Shown here: piece after piece, positions 36,326 through 49,459 of the stretch
How positions within the stretch are numbered: the first letter of the stretch is position 1
How the letters are laid out: every line of letters starts with the position of its first letter
From: Octopus sinensis
Taxonomy: Eukaryota
Length of the DNA stretch: 64,000 bases
NCBI RefSeq assembly: GCF_006345805.1
Contig: NC_042999.1
Location: forward strand, 125,736,001-125,800,000
Reading direction: 5' to 3'
Translations under genes and position numbers: made by a program
Notes under the pieces: model-generated
Databases searched by the model: none
Told to the model about the DNA's origin: nothing
What the model saw: the letters and a program-made list of their open reading frames with translations, nothing else

Positions 36326-39325
36326 CATCATCATCATCGTTTAGCGTCCGTTTTCCATGCTAGCATGGGTTGGACGGGTCAACTGGGGTCTGTGAAGCTG
36401 GAAGGCTTCGTCAGGCCCAGTCAGATCTGGCAGTGTTTCTACGGCTGGATGCCCTTCCTAACGCCAACCACTCCGCGAGTGTAGTGGGTGTTTTTTACGT
36501 GCCACCTGCACAGGTGCCAGACAGAGCTGGTGAACGGCCACGAACGGATGGTGCTTTTACGTGTCACCGGCTCGGGGCCAGGCGATGCTGGCAACGGACA
36601 CGAACGGATGGTGCTTTTACGTGCCACCGACACGGTTGCCAGACAGAGCTGGCAAACGGCCACGAACTCTCAACTGGTCCCCTCAACTGCCAGGGTGTGG
36701 CACTTTTTCACACACCTATCTTCATCCATTCTCACCACATGACCATACCAGCGCAATCGTCTCTCTTGCACACAACATCTGATTCCTCTTAGGTCCAACT
36801 TTTCTCTCAAGGTACTTACACTCTGTTGACTATGAACACTGACATTACACATCCAACGGAGCATACTAGCTTCATTTCTCGCGAGCTTACGCATGTCCTC
36901 AGCAGTCACGGCCCATGTTTCACTGCCATGTAGCATGGCTGTTCGTACACATGCATCATACAGTCTGCCTTTTACTCTGAGCGAGAGGCCTTTAGTCACC
37001 AACAGAGGTAAGAGCTCCCTAAACTTTGCCCAGGCTATTCTTACTCTAGCCGTTACACTTTCAGCACACCCACCCCCACTACTGACTTGGTCACCAAGAT
37101 AACGGAAGCTATCAACCACTTCTAGTTTTTCCCCCTGGAAAGTGACGGAAGTTGTTTTCTGCAGATTTTCAGAGGTTAATGCTCCCGAGCATCTGCCACA
37201 TACAAAAACCATCTTCCTAGTTAGCCTTCCTATGACATTGCTGCACCTCTTATGTGTCCATAGCTTACACTTGGTGCATCTTATAGAGTTTCTACCTACA
37301 CCTTTTCTACAGATCGAGCAGGGCCATCTACCTGAAGGCGTTTGTGATTTGTCTACCTTCCTACTTATTACGACTTTGGTTTTAGCTAGGTTGACTCTAA
37401 GGCCCTTCGATTCTAAACCATGCTTCCACACCTGAAACTTCTTCTCCAGTTCTGATAATGACTCAGCAATTAGAGCAAGGTCATCAGCATAGAGGAGCTC
37501 CCAGGGGCATCCTGTCTTGAATTCCTCCGTTATTGCCTGGAGGGCTATGATAAATAGGAGGGGGCTGAGGACTGAGCCTTGGTGGACCTCTACCTCTACC
37601 CGGAATTCTTCACTGTACTCATTTCCAACCCTCACCTTACTAGCAGCGTCCCTGTACATGGCTTGCACAGCTCTCACTAACCATTCTTCTATTCCTAGTT
37701 TCCTCATTGACCACCATATGAGGGATCGGGGGACCCTGTCGAAGGCTTTCTCCATGTCAACAAAAGCCAGGTACATGGCCTTATCTTTGGCTAGGTATTT
37801 CTCCTGCAGCTGCCTTACCAGGAATATAGCATCAGTGGTACTTTTCCCTGGCACGAAACCAAACTGCATCTCATCTAAACTAACTCTCTCTCTAATTAGT
37901 TGGCTTATGACCCTCTCTGTAACCTTCATCACCTGATCCAACAGCTTGATACCTCTGTAATTATTTGTATCTAGGGCATCACCTTTACCTTTGTAGCAGT
38001 TGACTATTATGCTGCTACACCAGTCATTGGGTATGACTCCTTCATGTATCACCTGATTAACTATACAGGTGACTAGGCTATAGCCGACACTACCAGATAT
38101 TTTGAGCATCTCTGCAGTGATACCTGATGGGCCTGGGGCTTTCCCTGTCTTCATGCTTCTAATTGCCTTAGCTACTAAGGAACTATCAACCCTGATAGCT
38201 GGTCCCTCTGTTGGGTCAACGTTCGGCAGACTCTCTTTATCCCATTCATTTTCTTTATTCAGCAACCTTTCATAGTGGCATCTCCAAGCCTCTCTCTTTG
38301 CATCCTCGTTTAGCGCAAGTGAACCATCTTCCATGCGAACACACTTCTCTCCCACCACATCACAATTCTCTCTCACACACTGTCTTGCAACGCGAAACAC
38401 CTCCAGTCTTTGGTCCTCACGGCGCAGAACATTGGCAAATTTTTTCTTATCTGCTTCCCCTCTGGCTAGATAGACCTGTCTCCTAGCTTCCCTTTTAGCA
38501 GTCTGATACAATTCCCTGCTACCACCATTCTTCCAGTGCTTCCAAGTCTGTCTCTTTTCTGTAATAGCCCTGTCTACGACACTGTTCCACCACCACGCTA
38601 CCTTGGGACGAGAGGGGACTTTGCACCAGCCACAGATCTGGTCAGTGGCTCTCAGCAGGTTGTCCCTTAGAAACGTCCAGTTGTCCTCTACCGCATGTGA
38701 TACACTATCCCCTTCTACTTCGTCAAAGGCTTCAAGTAACATGTCTCTAAATCTCTGTCCATTCACAGGATCCTTAAGCTTCCAGATCCTTCTTCTCCAT
38801 GTTGGTCGTCTTCTGGTTGTCCTCCTACTCCTGATCCTAAAGTCACTAACTACCAGTCTATGTTGTGGGGTGCATTCTTCGCCTGGGAAGGTTTTGGCAT
38901 TTATAAGTAGCCATCTCTCCCTTTGCCTGGCAAGGATGTAGTCAATTTGGCTAGTATGTTGGCCCGATCGGTAGGTGACTAGGTGGCTGGTAGGTTTCCT
39001 GAAGTTAGTGTTGCAAATCATAAGATTATTTGCATCGCAGAACTCCAGCAGCCTGGTTCCCTCCTCGTTGCGGGAACCAGAGCCATAGCCTCCATGTACG
39101 CTGTGGAAGCCCCCAGCATGTCGTCCAACGTGACCATTGAAGTCACCAGCCACAAAGAGAAGGTCTCTGTCGTTCGTCAACGAGGTAGTCTGCAGTAGAG
39201 TGTCATAGAATCGGTCTTTCTGTCCATCAGGTAGCCCCGACTGAGGAGCATAGGCTGATATAATGGTTGCTAAACTATGATGAAGCGCTAATCTAATCTT
39301 AAGTATTCTGTCGCATACTCTGATT
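36326..39325 (-). mobile_element. Young RTE-type non-LTR retrotransposon, 5'-truncated, 3.0 kb, in ATXN10 intron 1 (antisense)
   Basis: Long open ORF (APE, RT, PHD), a 3' UTR with repeat units and a (GAT)n tail. A 12-bp TSD AATGATGATGAT sits at 36314-36325 and 39326-39337. Confidence 0.95.
36670..39325 (-). CDS. RTE ORF: partial AP endonuclease, reverse transcriptase (YADD), C4HC3 PHD finger; both termini truncated
   Basis: The 836-aa ORF in the track extends upstream in frame to the truncation point (IRVCDRILKIRL...ISAYAPQ). APE motifs are GDFNGH and SQIDYIL/SDF, and RT motifs are QFGF, DMEKAFD, QGSVLSP and LYADD. It ends prematurely at VEGTS*, lacking the ...MTSDRDLWKYAVREKTRQDK C-terminus seen in the 14520 copy. 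Confidence 0.9.
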
Positions 39326-42300
39326 AATGATGATGATGCTATTTAATTAACTCCCAGTTAACCTTGATTGAGGAAACCTCTGTGATAACTGAGCATACTA
39401 TTATTTCATTCTTTTACTTGTTTCAGTCATTTGAGTGTGGCCATGCTGGAGCACCAACTTTAGTTGAGCAAATCGGCTCCAGGACTTATTCTTTATAAGC
39501 CTAGTACTTATTCTATCAGTCTGTTTTGCTAAACTGCTAAGTTACAGGGAACGTAAACACACCAGCAATGGTTGTCAAGCGATAGTGGGTGGGCAAACAC
39601 AGACACACAAATATATATATACACACACACACACATGACAGGCTTCTTTCAGTTTCCGTCTACCAAATCTACTCACAAGGCTTTGGTTGGCCCAAGGCTA
39701 TAGTAGGAGACACTTACCTAAGGTACCATGCAGTGGGACTGAACCTGGAACCATGTGGTTGGGAAGCAAGCTTTTTATCACACAGTCACTCCTGCGCCTA
39801 TGTTTTTTTTTCTATTTCGGTCCAATATATTTAAAATCACATGATACCATGTTCTTCATTTTTAAGGTAGTAGGGTGTGATTTGAAGGAAATATTTTTAC
39901 CCCCTGCCAACCACATTGACTCGATATTTCATAATGGCAGAATCATTAGCATACCAAACAAAATGCTTAGTGGTTTTTTTTTTTGTCTGCCTTTATGTTC
40001 TGGGTTCAAATTCCACTGAAGTTGACTTTGTCTTTCATCCTTTTGGAGTTGATAAAAAAAAGTACCAGTTGAGCACTGGGGTCAACGTAATCAGTTAGCC
40101 AATTCCCTCCAATTTCTGGCTTTGTGTCAAAATTTGAAACCAATGTTTATATCAATTGCCTCCCTAATATAATGCAGATAAGTTTAGGTAAGATAGAATT
40201 GAAAGAAATTTGCTATCTAAATGTGGAGGTCAAGTACAATAGATATGTGTTGGCTTTTGCAGTAAGTACCCATGTGTTATGAGTTTAGGAATGTGAGATA
40301 AGATGGTGACGAGGAAGAGAACAGAAGAAAGACTAAGTTGTTATGAATCATTGAGGATGTCAAAAGATTCGACTTCTAGTGCAGATTTGTCAGCTGATTG
40401 AGTGAGAAAGGTTAAAGCTTGAGTTGTTGAAGTTTTCAAGAATGCTACTTGAAATATGATGCAACTGTTTTTATTATGAGAATTTAAACTTTTTGTGATT
40501 AAGCAGAAACAATGTGAGAATATTTTTTATCTTTTACTTATTTCAGTCATTAGACTACAGCCATGGGCATTGCCTTCAGGAATTTTAGTCGAATGAATCA
40601 ACTCTAGTACATATTTTCTAAGTAATATGAAATAGATACTTGTGCCCAATGGCGAGCTTTGAGTGGGAATTGAATACAATCAGCAAGTCTGTTGAAAAAG
40701 CAGTAAACATTAAAATTCAGCATGGTGATGTGTCAACGTCAAGAGAAACTTGGTGAAGTTGGATTTATCAATTAGAGAGTTTCTTTCTTTTTTTTTTTAC
40801 TATTCATGAATTTGGTGATTGTGAGATTAGCCGACTTAGGATATGCCAAAAATAAAGGTAGTGCATGAAATACTGTTGGACTACCAACATATGGATCATA
40901 AATTGAAAGCTTATGCAAGTGGTTTGTTATGTTTCTGAGTAGCGCACTTAGTTTTGCATCTTTCTTGCCTCCCCTCTGTTGAGGATGGGTGTGTTATTTG
41001 TTAGATTGGGGAGGGTGCTATATAAAGAAAAGTTTATTATGCCTGTGTTTATGACTTGTTGCAACCCCAAATATAACATCAATGCTTCATAAGTTATTGA
41101 CTAACATAGGGTTACAGTGATGGTAAGTGGTGGGTGTAGGGTAGAGAGAGTGCAAAGAGAAAAGTAGAGGGAAGAGTGGGTGTTTGCAATACCACTGTGT
41201 GTGCGTGTGTAAGCTGAAGTGTAGTTAAATTTGAAATTCTTTCAATTGTTTAGAGGTTAACAAGCATCTATTGTGTGGTAAAGAATATAAAATATGTGTA
41301 GCTAGGTGTGCAACAGTCATTCTTGCAATATATTACATCCAATGAATATGTCTCTCTCTCTCTCTCCACCCATCCATCCATCCATGTGATAGAGAGAGAG
41401 AGCATGTATGTATACATGATAGGCTTCTTTGCAGTTTCCATCTGTCAGATTTCACTCGAAAGACGGTCAACTTGATGCTATTAGTAGAAACAAGTACATC
41501 ATATCCAAAACTATCTGGTTGCAAAATGAACTAAATGACACAGCCATGCTTGTGCCTGACAATGCTTAGAATATAAAGTTTTCCAGAAATTGTTGGTATA
41601 TCAATCTTAATATATACAGTTGGTGGAATTATTCAAATTGATGATGCTTAAGTGGACAGAGTAGTGACTTCTGTCATGAAATAGACAGTGTTTATGTTTG
41701 CATTTCTTAAATTATTTATTTATTCTTTACGATTTTGACTTATAAATTTGGATATTTTTTGCCTATTATTGGAGCAGAAAATAAAAGAACTAATTTTCAG
41801 GGGCAAAATACAATACTTGCAATAGGTTTAGTTTCATGTTATTCAGAGCTTTTGATTCTTACTGTCATTGTGCTTCACACTTTTGCAACAAAATATTATT
41901 TGATTCTCCCTGGAAAATACATTGATAGAATGGAGCTACTTATGTTATAGGTGGACTACATATTATATTCTTTTCTGTTCTAGGCACAAGGCCCGACATT
42001 TTTGGGGAGGGGGCCAGTTGATCAGATCGACCTCAGTAAACAACTGATACTTAATTTATCGACCCCAGTATACAACTGGTATTTAATTTATCAACACCGG
42101 AAAGGATGAAAGGCAAAGTCAACCTTGACGGAATTTGAACTCAGAATGTAAAGACAGACGAAATATGGCTAAGCATTTTGCCCAGCGTGCTAACGTTTCT
42201 GCCAGCTCTCCGCCTTTACACTGCATATTATATTGGAAAGATTAAGACAGCAAGCTGGCAAAATTGTTACATGTTGGGTAAAATGCTTAGCAGCATTTCA

Positions 42301-42980
42301 TCCATCTTTATGTTCTGAGTTAAAATTCTGCCAAGGTCGACTTTACCTTTCATCCTTTCAGGGTCAATAAAATAAGTACCAGTTAAGCACTGGGATCAAC
42401 GTAATTAACTACTCCCACCTTCGAACATGCTGGCCTTGTGCCAAAATTTGAAATTATTATGTTCTTTCCTACTCTAGGCACAAGGCCTGAAATTTTTAGG
42501 GAGGGGATCTGTCAATTAGATTGACCCAGTATGCAACTGGTACTTAATTTATCGACCTCCGAAAGGATGAAAGGCAAAGTCGACCTTGGTGGAATTTGAA
42601 CTCAGAACGCAAAGACAGACGAAATACGGCTAAGCATTTTGCTCAGCATGCTAACGTTTCTGCCAACTCGCCGTCCTTTGAAACTATTAAAAAAAAAATT
42701 TTTTTACCCCCCCCCCCCATATCCTCTTTCGGCTACGGAGAATACGAATCTGCAAAAAAATTGGCAAAAATCGGCATTCTGAAATTATCCCCCCTCCCTA
42801 CTTCTTCATTTTAAACTTTTTTCAGAATTTTTTTTTCAAAATATGTGGAAAAATACAGAGATTATTATGATTCTGAGAAAATTTCTGTAAAATTTATTTT
42901 CGAAATTTTTTTTCTTTTCAAAATATGCAGAAAAATACGGAGATTATGATTCTGAAAAAAAAATTTCCAAGCATTTTTCT

Positions 42981-43047
42981 GGTTAGGGTTAGGATTTTAG
43001 GGTTAAGGTTAGGGTTTTAAGGTGTTGGGGTTTTAGGGTTAGGGTTA
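42981..43047 (+). repeat. Degenerate interstitial TTAGGG-like array
   Basis: About 9 units, 5 of them perfect TTAGGG, inside a G/C-run-rich unclassified repeat (about 42680-43235). Confidence 0.7.
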
Positions 43048-43779
43048 CAGAAAAAAGTGAAAAATGAAGAAATTGGGGAGAAGGTGGGGCCAAGAAATTC
43101 CACAGTGCCGCTTTTTGACAATTTTCCGGTATCTCTGTATCCGAAAACTGGGGTTTTTCGCAACCTCCACCAAATATTTGCGAGGAAATGGTGGTGGTGG
43201 TGGTGGGGACGGGAGGTAGTCTTTCCGAATTAATGCTTGGGATCAATTCCCACTTTTAGTACTATGAATGCGTAAACGTTGGTGTAGATTCAAATTTTAT
43301 AAATTTACAATTTCTTTTGCTGTTGTTTAGCTATAGGTCAACCTCTGTTGAATAGAGTAATAAACAAAGGCAGTCTTGGTATTTGTTTTATAATACTTCT
43401 ATGGTCTTCATTGATAATTGAATTCATAACATTTTGATTTCCTGGTAAATGGCAACAGTTGCAAATAGTTATCTCCCTTATATTTTGTATTTACACAGTA
43501 ACTTCCCTTCGAGAACAATTTCTTGAAACTGAATTGCAGGTTCTAACCCTTGGTCTACCAGAGAAAATGTATGTCACCAATTACTAACTGGGTTCAATGG
43601 ATCCAATAATTTTCTTTTAATTAAATTTTATTCAAACTACCTTTGCTACATTATATATGCTATCAGGTGAATGAAAAATTACTGTTTCTCACAAATTTAA
43701 TAAAAAAACAAGCTTACAGAAATATATAAATTTAAAAAATTACAAAAATACAGAATTACAGCTCTTTATGGCAGTGAAT

Positions 43780-45420
43780 GCAGACAATACTAGAATGTTC
43801 TTGGCAAACATGGATATTTCAACTCTTACATGTAGTATGAGTTTTCCTGTCTTTTGGGGGCGGGACAGGGGCACACAATGAACATCTTCCTTTTTGTCTT
43901 TGGTTGAGGACTCTCAAATGAGGTTGAAGATCGTCTTCTTTTCTTGTTTGGTTGAGAAATGTTAGCGCAACTAGAAGATTGTTTGTCATGTTCTTGCTTA
44001 GCATTAACTCCAGCAAGTTCCTTTCCTAACTGAATTAGGCACTGTCTTCTTTTATCCTTGAAACTTTGCAAATGAAGCTGTTTAGCAACAATGAAAGCAT
44101 TCACTGCACTTATAAATCACGTTGTAGAATATAACCACAGGCCATCTTTGAGTCACTCTTTTGCAAGTGTATGCCCTTACCATCTTATCTAGGGTATCTA
44201 CTCCTCCTTTTGTTTTGTTGTAACGTGTAATAATTTGAGGTTTCTTTTCATCACTTTTTGAATCAATTGAAGGCTGAGAGTGCATTGTGCTCATAAGTAT
44301 GACAACATCATTTTTCTTGGGACAATAAGATAGGATCATAGAATCCTTTTGAAATCCAAATATTGTGCTGTTGATTTTTCTTTTTTTTCCATTTGTGAAA
44401 ACACTTGGAATTTCAACTCTGTTCTTTCTAATTGTTCCAACTAGAGTAGTTTTCTTGCTAAGCAGCTTTTGAGCCAATCCTAGACTTGTAAAAAAAGTTA
44501 TATTGTGACCAGTATTTTCAAGTTCTTTTACTAGATCTTCAGTAACTCTTGAACCTTGATTTGCCTTTCTCCCTTTTACTCAGTCTTTTCTAGTGTAGAT
44601 TTGCATTTTCCAGTCATAACATGTTTCACTGTCACATATTGCCCATATTTTAATTTCATATTTCCCTGGTTTTGAAGGAATATATACCCGGAATGGCCAG
44701 CGCCTCTGAATGAAACTAATTGTTCATCAACTATCATGCATGAACTTGGAACATAGCCATCTTGCAAATTCTGATTCCACATTTCAAATACTTCTCTTAT
44801 GGACTCCAATTTATCATCACTTCTCTTTTTTCTTCTTGCACTAGCATCATCAAAATGCAATACTTATAAAATCTGTTGAAATCTTCCCTGGCTCATAAGT
44901 TTGTTGAATATTGGGTGGACATCTTCTTGTCTCCATAACTGTGACCTTTTCATATTTAGATTTACAAACACATAAGAATAATCAGTACAATAAGTTTCTT
45001 TAGTTCAGAGTGATCAATTACATTTATTTTTGTAAACAACCTGATCTTCGACATTTGTCTATTTATGAATTACTTCAAGAAGATTCTGGCGCATAAAGAT
45101 AGTAAAACATGTTTCAATGCTATCGCAAAACCTTTTAGCAAAACAGGATGATCTACATTCTTGGCACACAATATTGCAAGATAAAGTTCTTACTGGTGCT
45201 TGGGTAAGAGGATTAGAATGCCAAACTTCTTGTCTGTTTCTAGAAACACATTGCTCATTCATAATTGGGTGGCTTGCAGATAATTGTTTTTGAGCATCTT
45301 CATCTGATGCCACAGAACCTAAACTGTCCAGCACACAATCACTTTCACCATCATCTTCAGAGCAATAGAAGGAATCACTACTATCTTCTTCCCATTCTTC
45401 ATCTAATTCCTATAACCTTT
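43780..45420 (-). mobile_element. piggyBac (PGBD4-like) transposase pseudogene relic in ATXN10 intron 1
   Basis: Frameshifted pieces: DDKLESIREVFEMWNQNLQDGYVPSSCMIVDEQLVSFRG, GHNIT(--)FFTS, LVGTIRKNR, YNKTKGGVDTLDKM...RWPVVIFYN and a C-terminal RCSLC...CKSC. TIRs were not confidently located. Confidence 0.88.
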
Positions 45421-45761
45421 TTGATATTTGGTCTTCACTCAAGTTTTCACATCTAGGCATATTGGAAAGCACAACTGAACTATATGAAACTTGATAGCAG
45501 ACTAAAGGCAGATATTGCTCCCTCACATATTTATGCTCTCCTGAAAGATGATGCAATATATTGTAAGAATTGCGCCATTACATAGAAATATTGAATCAGG
45601 TTCAAATGGTGGTGTTACAGCAGGCAATTCCCATCTACTGAATTTCACTCACAAGGCTTTGTTGATTGGTCAGAGACTATGATAGAAGACACTTTATCAA
45701 GGTACTATGCAGTATTGTACCCTAAACCGCGTTGCTGCAAAGAGAATTTAACCATATAGAT

Positions 45762-46067
45762 CAGTGGTTCTTAACTAGGGGCTATGTGACCCCTGAGGGT
45801 CCATATAAAATTTTATTGTGTCCATGCATGCAAAATAGTAAATTGGGGACTCATCGAAGTATGTGAAAAAAATGTTTGCTTTTGGTGTATCTATTGCAAG
45901 AAACAGATTTCTTTCTCTAATGTCTTACATAGTTCAAACTAAACAAGTTCAAGTTTATAGAGGTATCTGTAAAACTAGTTTTTAAGCATTGAATGGCTAT
46001 GGGGGTCCACCAAAATAAAACAGGATTCAAAGAGGTCTATAGACAAAAAATTTGTTGAGAACCACTG
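45762..46067. mobile_element. hAT-type MITE
   Basis: TIRs CAGTGGTTCTTAAC / GTTGAGAACCACTG and a degenerate 8-bp TSD ATATAGAT / ATGTAGAC. Confidence 0.8.
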
Positions 46068-49000
46068 ATGTAGACAAACTTGTATTCATTTGATGCCATG
46101 TGTGTGTGTCTGAGTGAGTGGTAGTCAAGATAGGTAAGTGGATTGGAGAACCTGATTGGTACAAATACAGTGGTTTGGTGAAGGCTGAGGTTACAGGTGA
46201 GAAAGAGATGAAGGGTGTGTTGTTTAAAGATGTGTGTTGAGAATGAAACTAATTGCTGTGAAGAGTTGAAAATTGCAAAAGAGATTTAGTTTCTGTACCA
46301 GTGCTATTAGTATGCAATCAGTGCAACAGTCAAATGTTCTTTCCTACTCTAGGCACAAGGCCTGAAATTTTGGGGGAGGAGGCTAGTTGATTAGATTGAC
46401 TCCAGTATGCAACTGGTATTTAATTTATCGACCCCCAAAAGGATGAAAGGTAAAGTCAACCTCAGCAGAATTTGAACTCAGAACATAAAGACAAACGAAA
46501 TATGGTTAAGCATTTCACTCGGTATGCTAACATTTCTGCCAGCTCACCACCTTGAGAGTCAAGAAATATTGTAAATGCTGAAAGTTACTGAGGACAATAG
46601 CTTCAGAGAGGGGTAAAGTGAAATATATGTCCTTGATGTAAGAAAGTTTTTGGTGGCTGGAGGATTTTGAAGATTTGTAGGAATCACATATTTGGAGGAA
46701 AGGAGAATTTAAGTTAGAGTAACTGGAAGTTGTTGTTGATAACAAGAAAGGAGAGGGTCATAGAAGCAGGTACCTTCCTTCAGGATGTGTGGTTTAGATG
46801 TTTAGTAGGGGGTGATATTTGGGGGTCTGTGTTGTATTTTAGTCTAGAGGCTTTAAAGGAGAGCACGAAGACTTGTCTAGTAGGTTTAGTGTTGATTTTC
46901 AGGTTAAGGATGTGTATAGAGTGTTAGCATGCTATAAAATTATGAAACACCGATTATCCCTTTCTTGTAACCTGGCCTAATGCTTGCAACTGAGTGAACT
47001 CACTAAAAAAAATTTTTTTTTAAATCCCAAATGTTAGGAGGTGGTAAGAAAATTAAATAAAAAATTTGCCAGCTATGGAAATAACTTCCCAGAAAAAAAG
47101 ATTCATGAAGTTGCTTAAATACTTCTGATTTTAGCCATTAAGCATTTTTTGAATTATAATTTGAGTGTTGTGTGAAGTACTGATAGATGTAGCTGGAGGT
47201 TTTTAGAAATCCTTTTTCACTTTTTTATTCAACAGTTTACCAGAATTTTGATGGTATTTAATAGTATTTAAAAATGATAGTGTAATCAATTAAAAAGAAT
47301 GAAAAAATTAAATTTTAATCCCACGGAGAAAATGAAAAAAAATTTTTTAAATTTTAGTTGGAATTGTGACATCTAATTCTGATTTTCCTATCAATTTTCA
47401 CATGTATGTAAAATTTTCCTTATCTACAGAAAATTAATGAATTTCAAAAGTTACCTCCCTTATACTAGTTTGTTTCCTATTTTATAGCCTGAGCTGGCAG
47501 GAACGGTAGCACGCCGGGCGAAATGCTTAGCGGTATTTCGTCTGCTGTTACGTTCTGAGTTCAAATTCTGCCGAGGTCGACTGTGCCTTTCATCCTTTCG
47601 GGGTCGATTAAATAAATACCAGTTACGCACTGGGGTCGATGTAATCGACTTAATACCTATGTCTTACCTTGTTTGTCCCCTTTATGTTTAGCCCCTTGTA
47701 AGTAATAAAGAAATAGGTATTTCGTCTGCCGCTACGTACTGAGTTCAAATTCCGCTGAGGTCGACTTTGCCTTTCATCCTTTCGGGGTCGATTAAATAAG
47801 TACCAGTTGCGCACTGGGGTCGATGTAATCGACTTAATCCCTTTGTCTGTCCTTGTTTTTCCCCTCTATGTTTAGCCCCTTGTGGACAATAAAGAAATAT
47901 ATTTTATAGCCTGAACATTACGCTCTAGTACTTCTATGGCATATCTCTTATCTTTTACTTGTTTTAGTCATTGGACTGAGTCCATGCTTGGGCACTGCCA
48001 TGAAAAATGTAGTTGAAGAAATCCACCCCAATACTTATTTTTTTCCAAGCCTGGTACTTTATCGGACTCTTTTTGCTGAACCTCTAAATTATGGGGATGG
48101 ACATACGCATGCGCACACACATGATTGGCTTCTTTCAGTTTCTGTCTTCCAAATCCACTCACAAGGCATTGGTCAGCCTGAAGCTACAGTAGATGATAAC
48201 TTGCCCAGGGTACCACACACTGGGATTGAACACAGAACCATGTAATTGGGAAGCAAATTTCTTACACAACCATGATCAGATTTTTTTTTGTCTTTTTGGT
48301 TAATATACTCATGAAAATGTAAGTGGTAGACCTCCAACCACACTTCTAATTTTTTTTCAAAGAAGGGCTTTATGTAAAATGTGGAAACCCACCTCTCTTC
48401 ATGGCATGAACAACTTTTTCTTAGTCATTTCATATGGTATGGAGGTAGTAGATTGATGTCTTCATTGTCTTTAGATTAGGTACATGTCTACAGACTTGAA
48501 GTAGAGAGGGCATATAATTGATAAGGTTGCAAATAGTAACAAAAAGTCTTTGATAAACCTTACTAGATGATTTCTAACTTTTGCACAAGGCTTCAAATAT
48601 TTTTTTTTTTACTGAGGAGTGTTATTGTCTATTTAATGGGTTCAAGTAATTGATAAGTACTTATTGTATGAATGACAAAATGAACTCTAGCAGGAATTGA
48701 ACCCAGATTATAAAGAAGTGTATGTAAAAATGTATACAGTGTTTAATTTGGCACTCTACCATTTCTGTTATTTATTGTTGTAGTAGTAGTAGGAATGATG
48801 ATGATTCCTTACATTTGAAGTAGTAATATGCTGATAATAGTTCTGATTTAGAAGAAGGAAATGGTTGATTACACTGATTCAGTACTTGATATGTACTTTA
48901 CCTTCTGGCATTGTGATACAAGTAAAATCAAACCTCTGCAAGATTTGAACTTGAAACATAAATGGTTGTAAATAAATGCTGCATGGCATTTTCTCCATTG

Positions 49001-49459
49001 CTTGACCTAATTGTAAAATTATAAGTAATAATAGAAAATAAATTTTTAAGTGTCCCAAGATAATGAAGCCATACTCTTATATATTAAAACAATCTTGTTA
49101 CAAAAAAAGTAAATCTTTTTTTTTTATCTATGTATCCTTCATGACCGAGGGATTTGATTCTGATACAGTCAAGTTGATAGATGCTTAATGAGTCTACAGT
49201 ATATTGACACAGTAATAAATTAGAGCCAATTATTTCAAGATTTAAAGAAAAAAAATTCCTGAAAATGTTATTTAATCCTTTAACATTCAGATTAAAATGT
49301 ATTATAATTCTTATTTATTGACATTGTTTTGAATTAATCAGACATTATCTTGTACCTTCGAAATTTTGGTGATGTGATAGTATATTTTTTGAATGACATT
49401 GTAAGGCAGGTCTGAGAGACCCAACCTGGTTGGTTTGAACATCATTTATTCTCTCTATA

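Noticed and set aside
36893-39198. Plus-strand ORFs of 69-139 aa overlapping the RTE
   Set aside because: These are antisense shadows of the RT ORF with no independent motifs.
43540-43620. Terminal inverted repeat of the piggyBac relic (ctaacccttgg...)
   Set aside because: No matching partner or TTAA was found at the other end.
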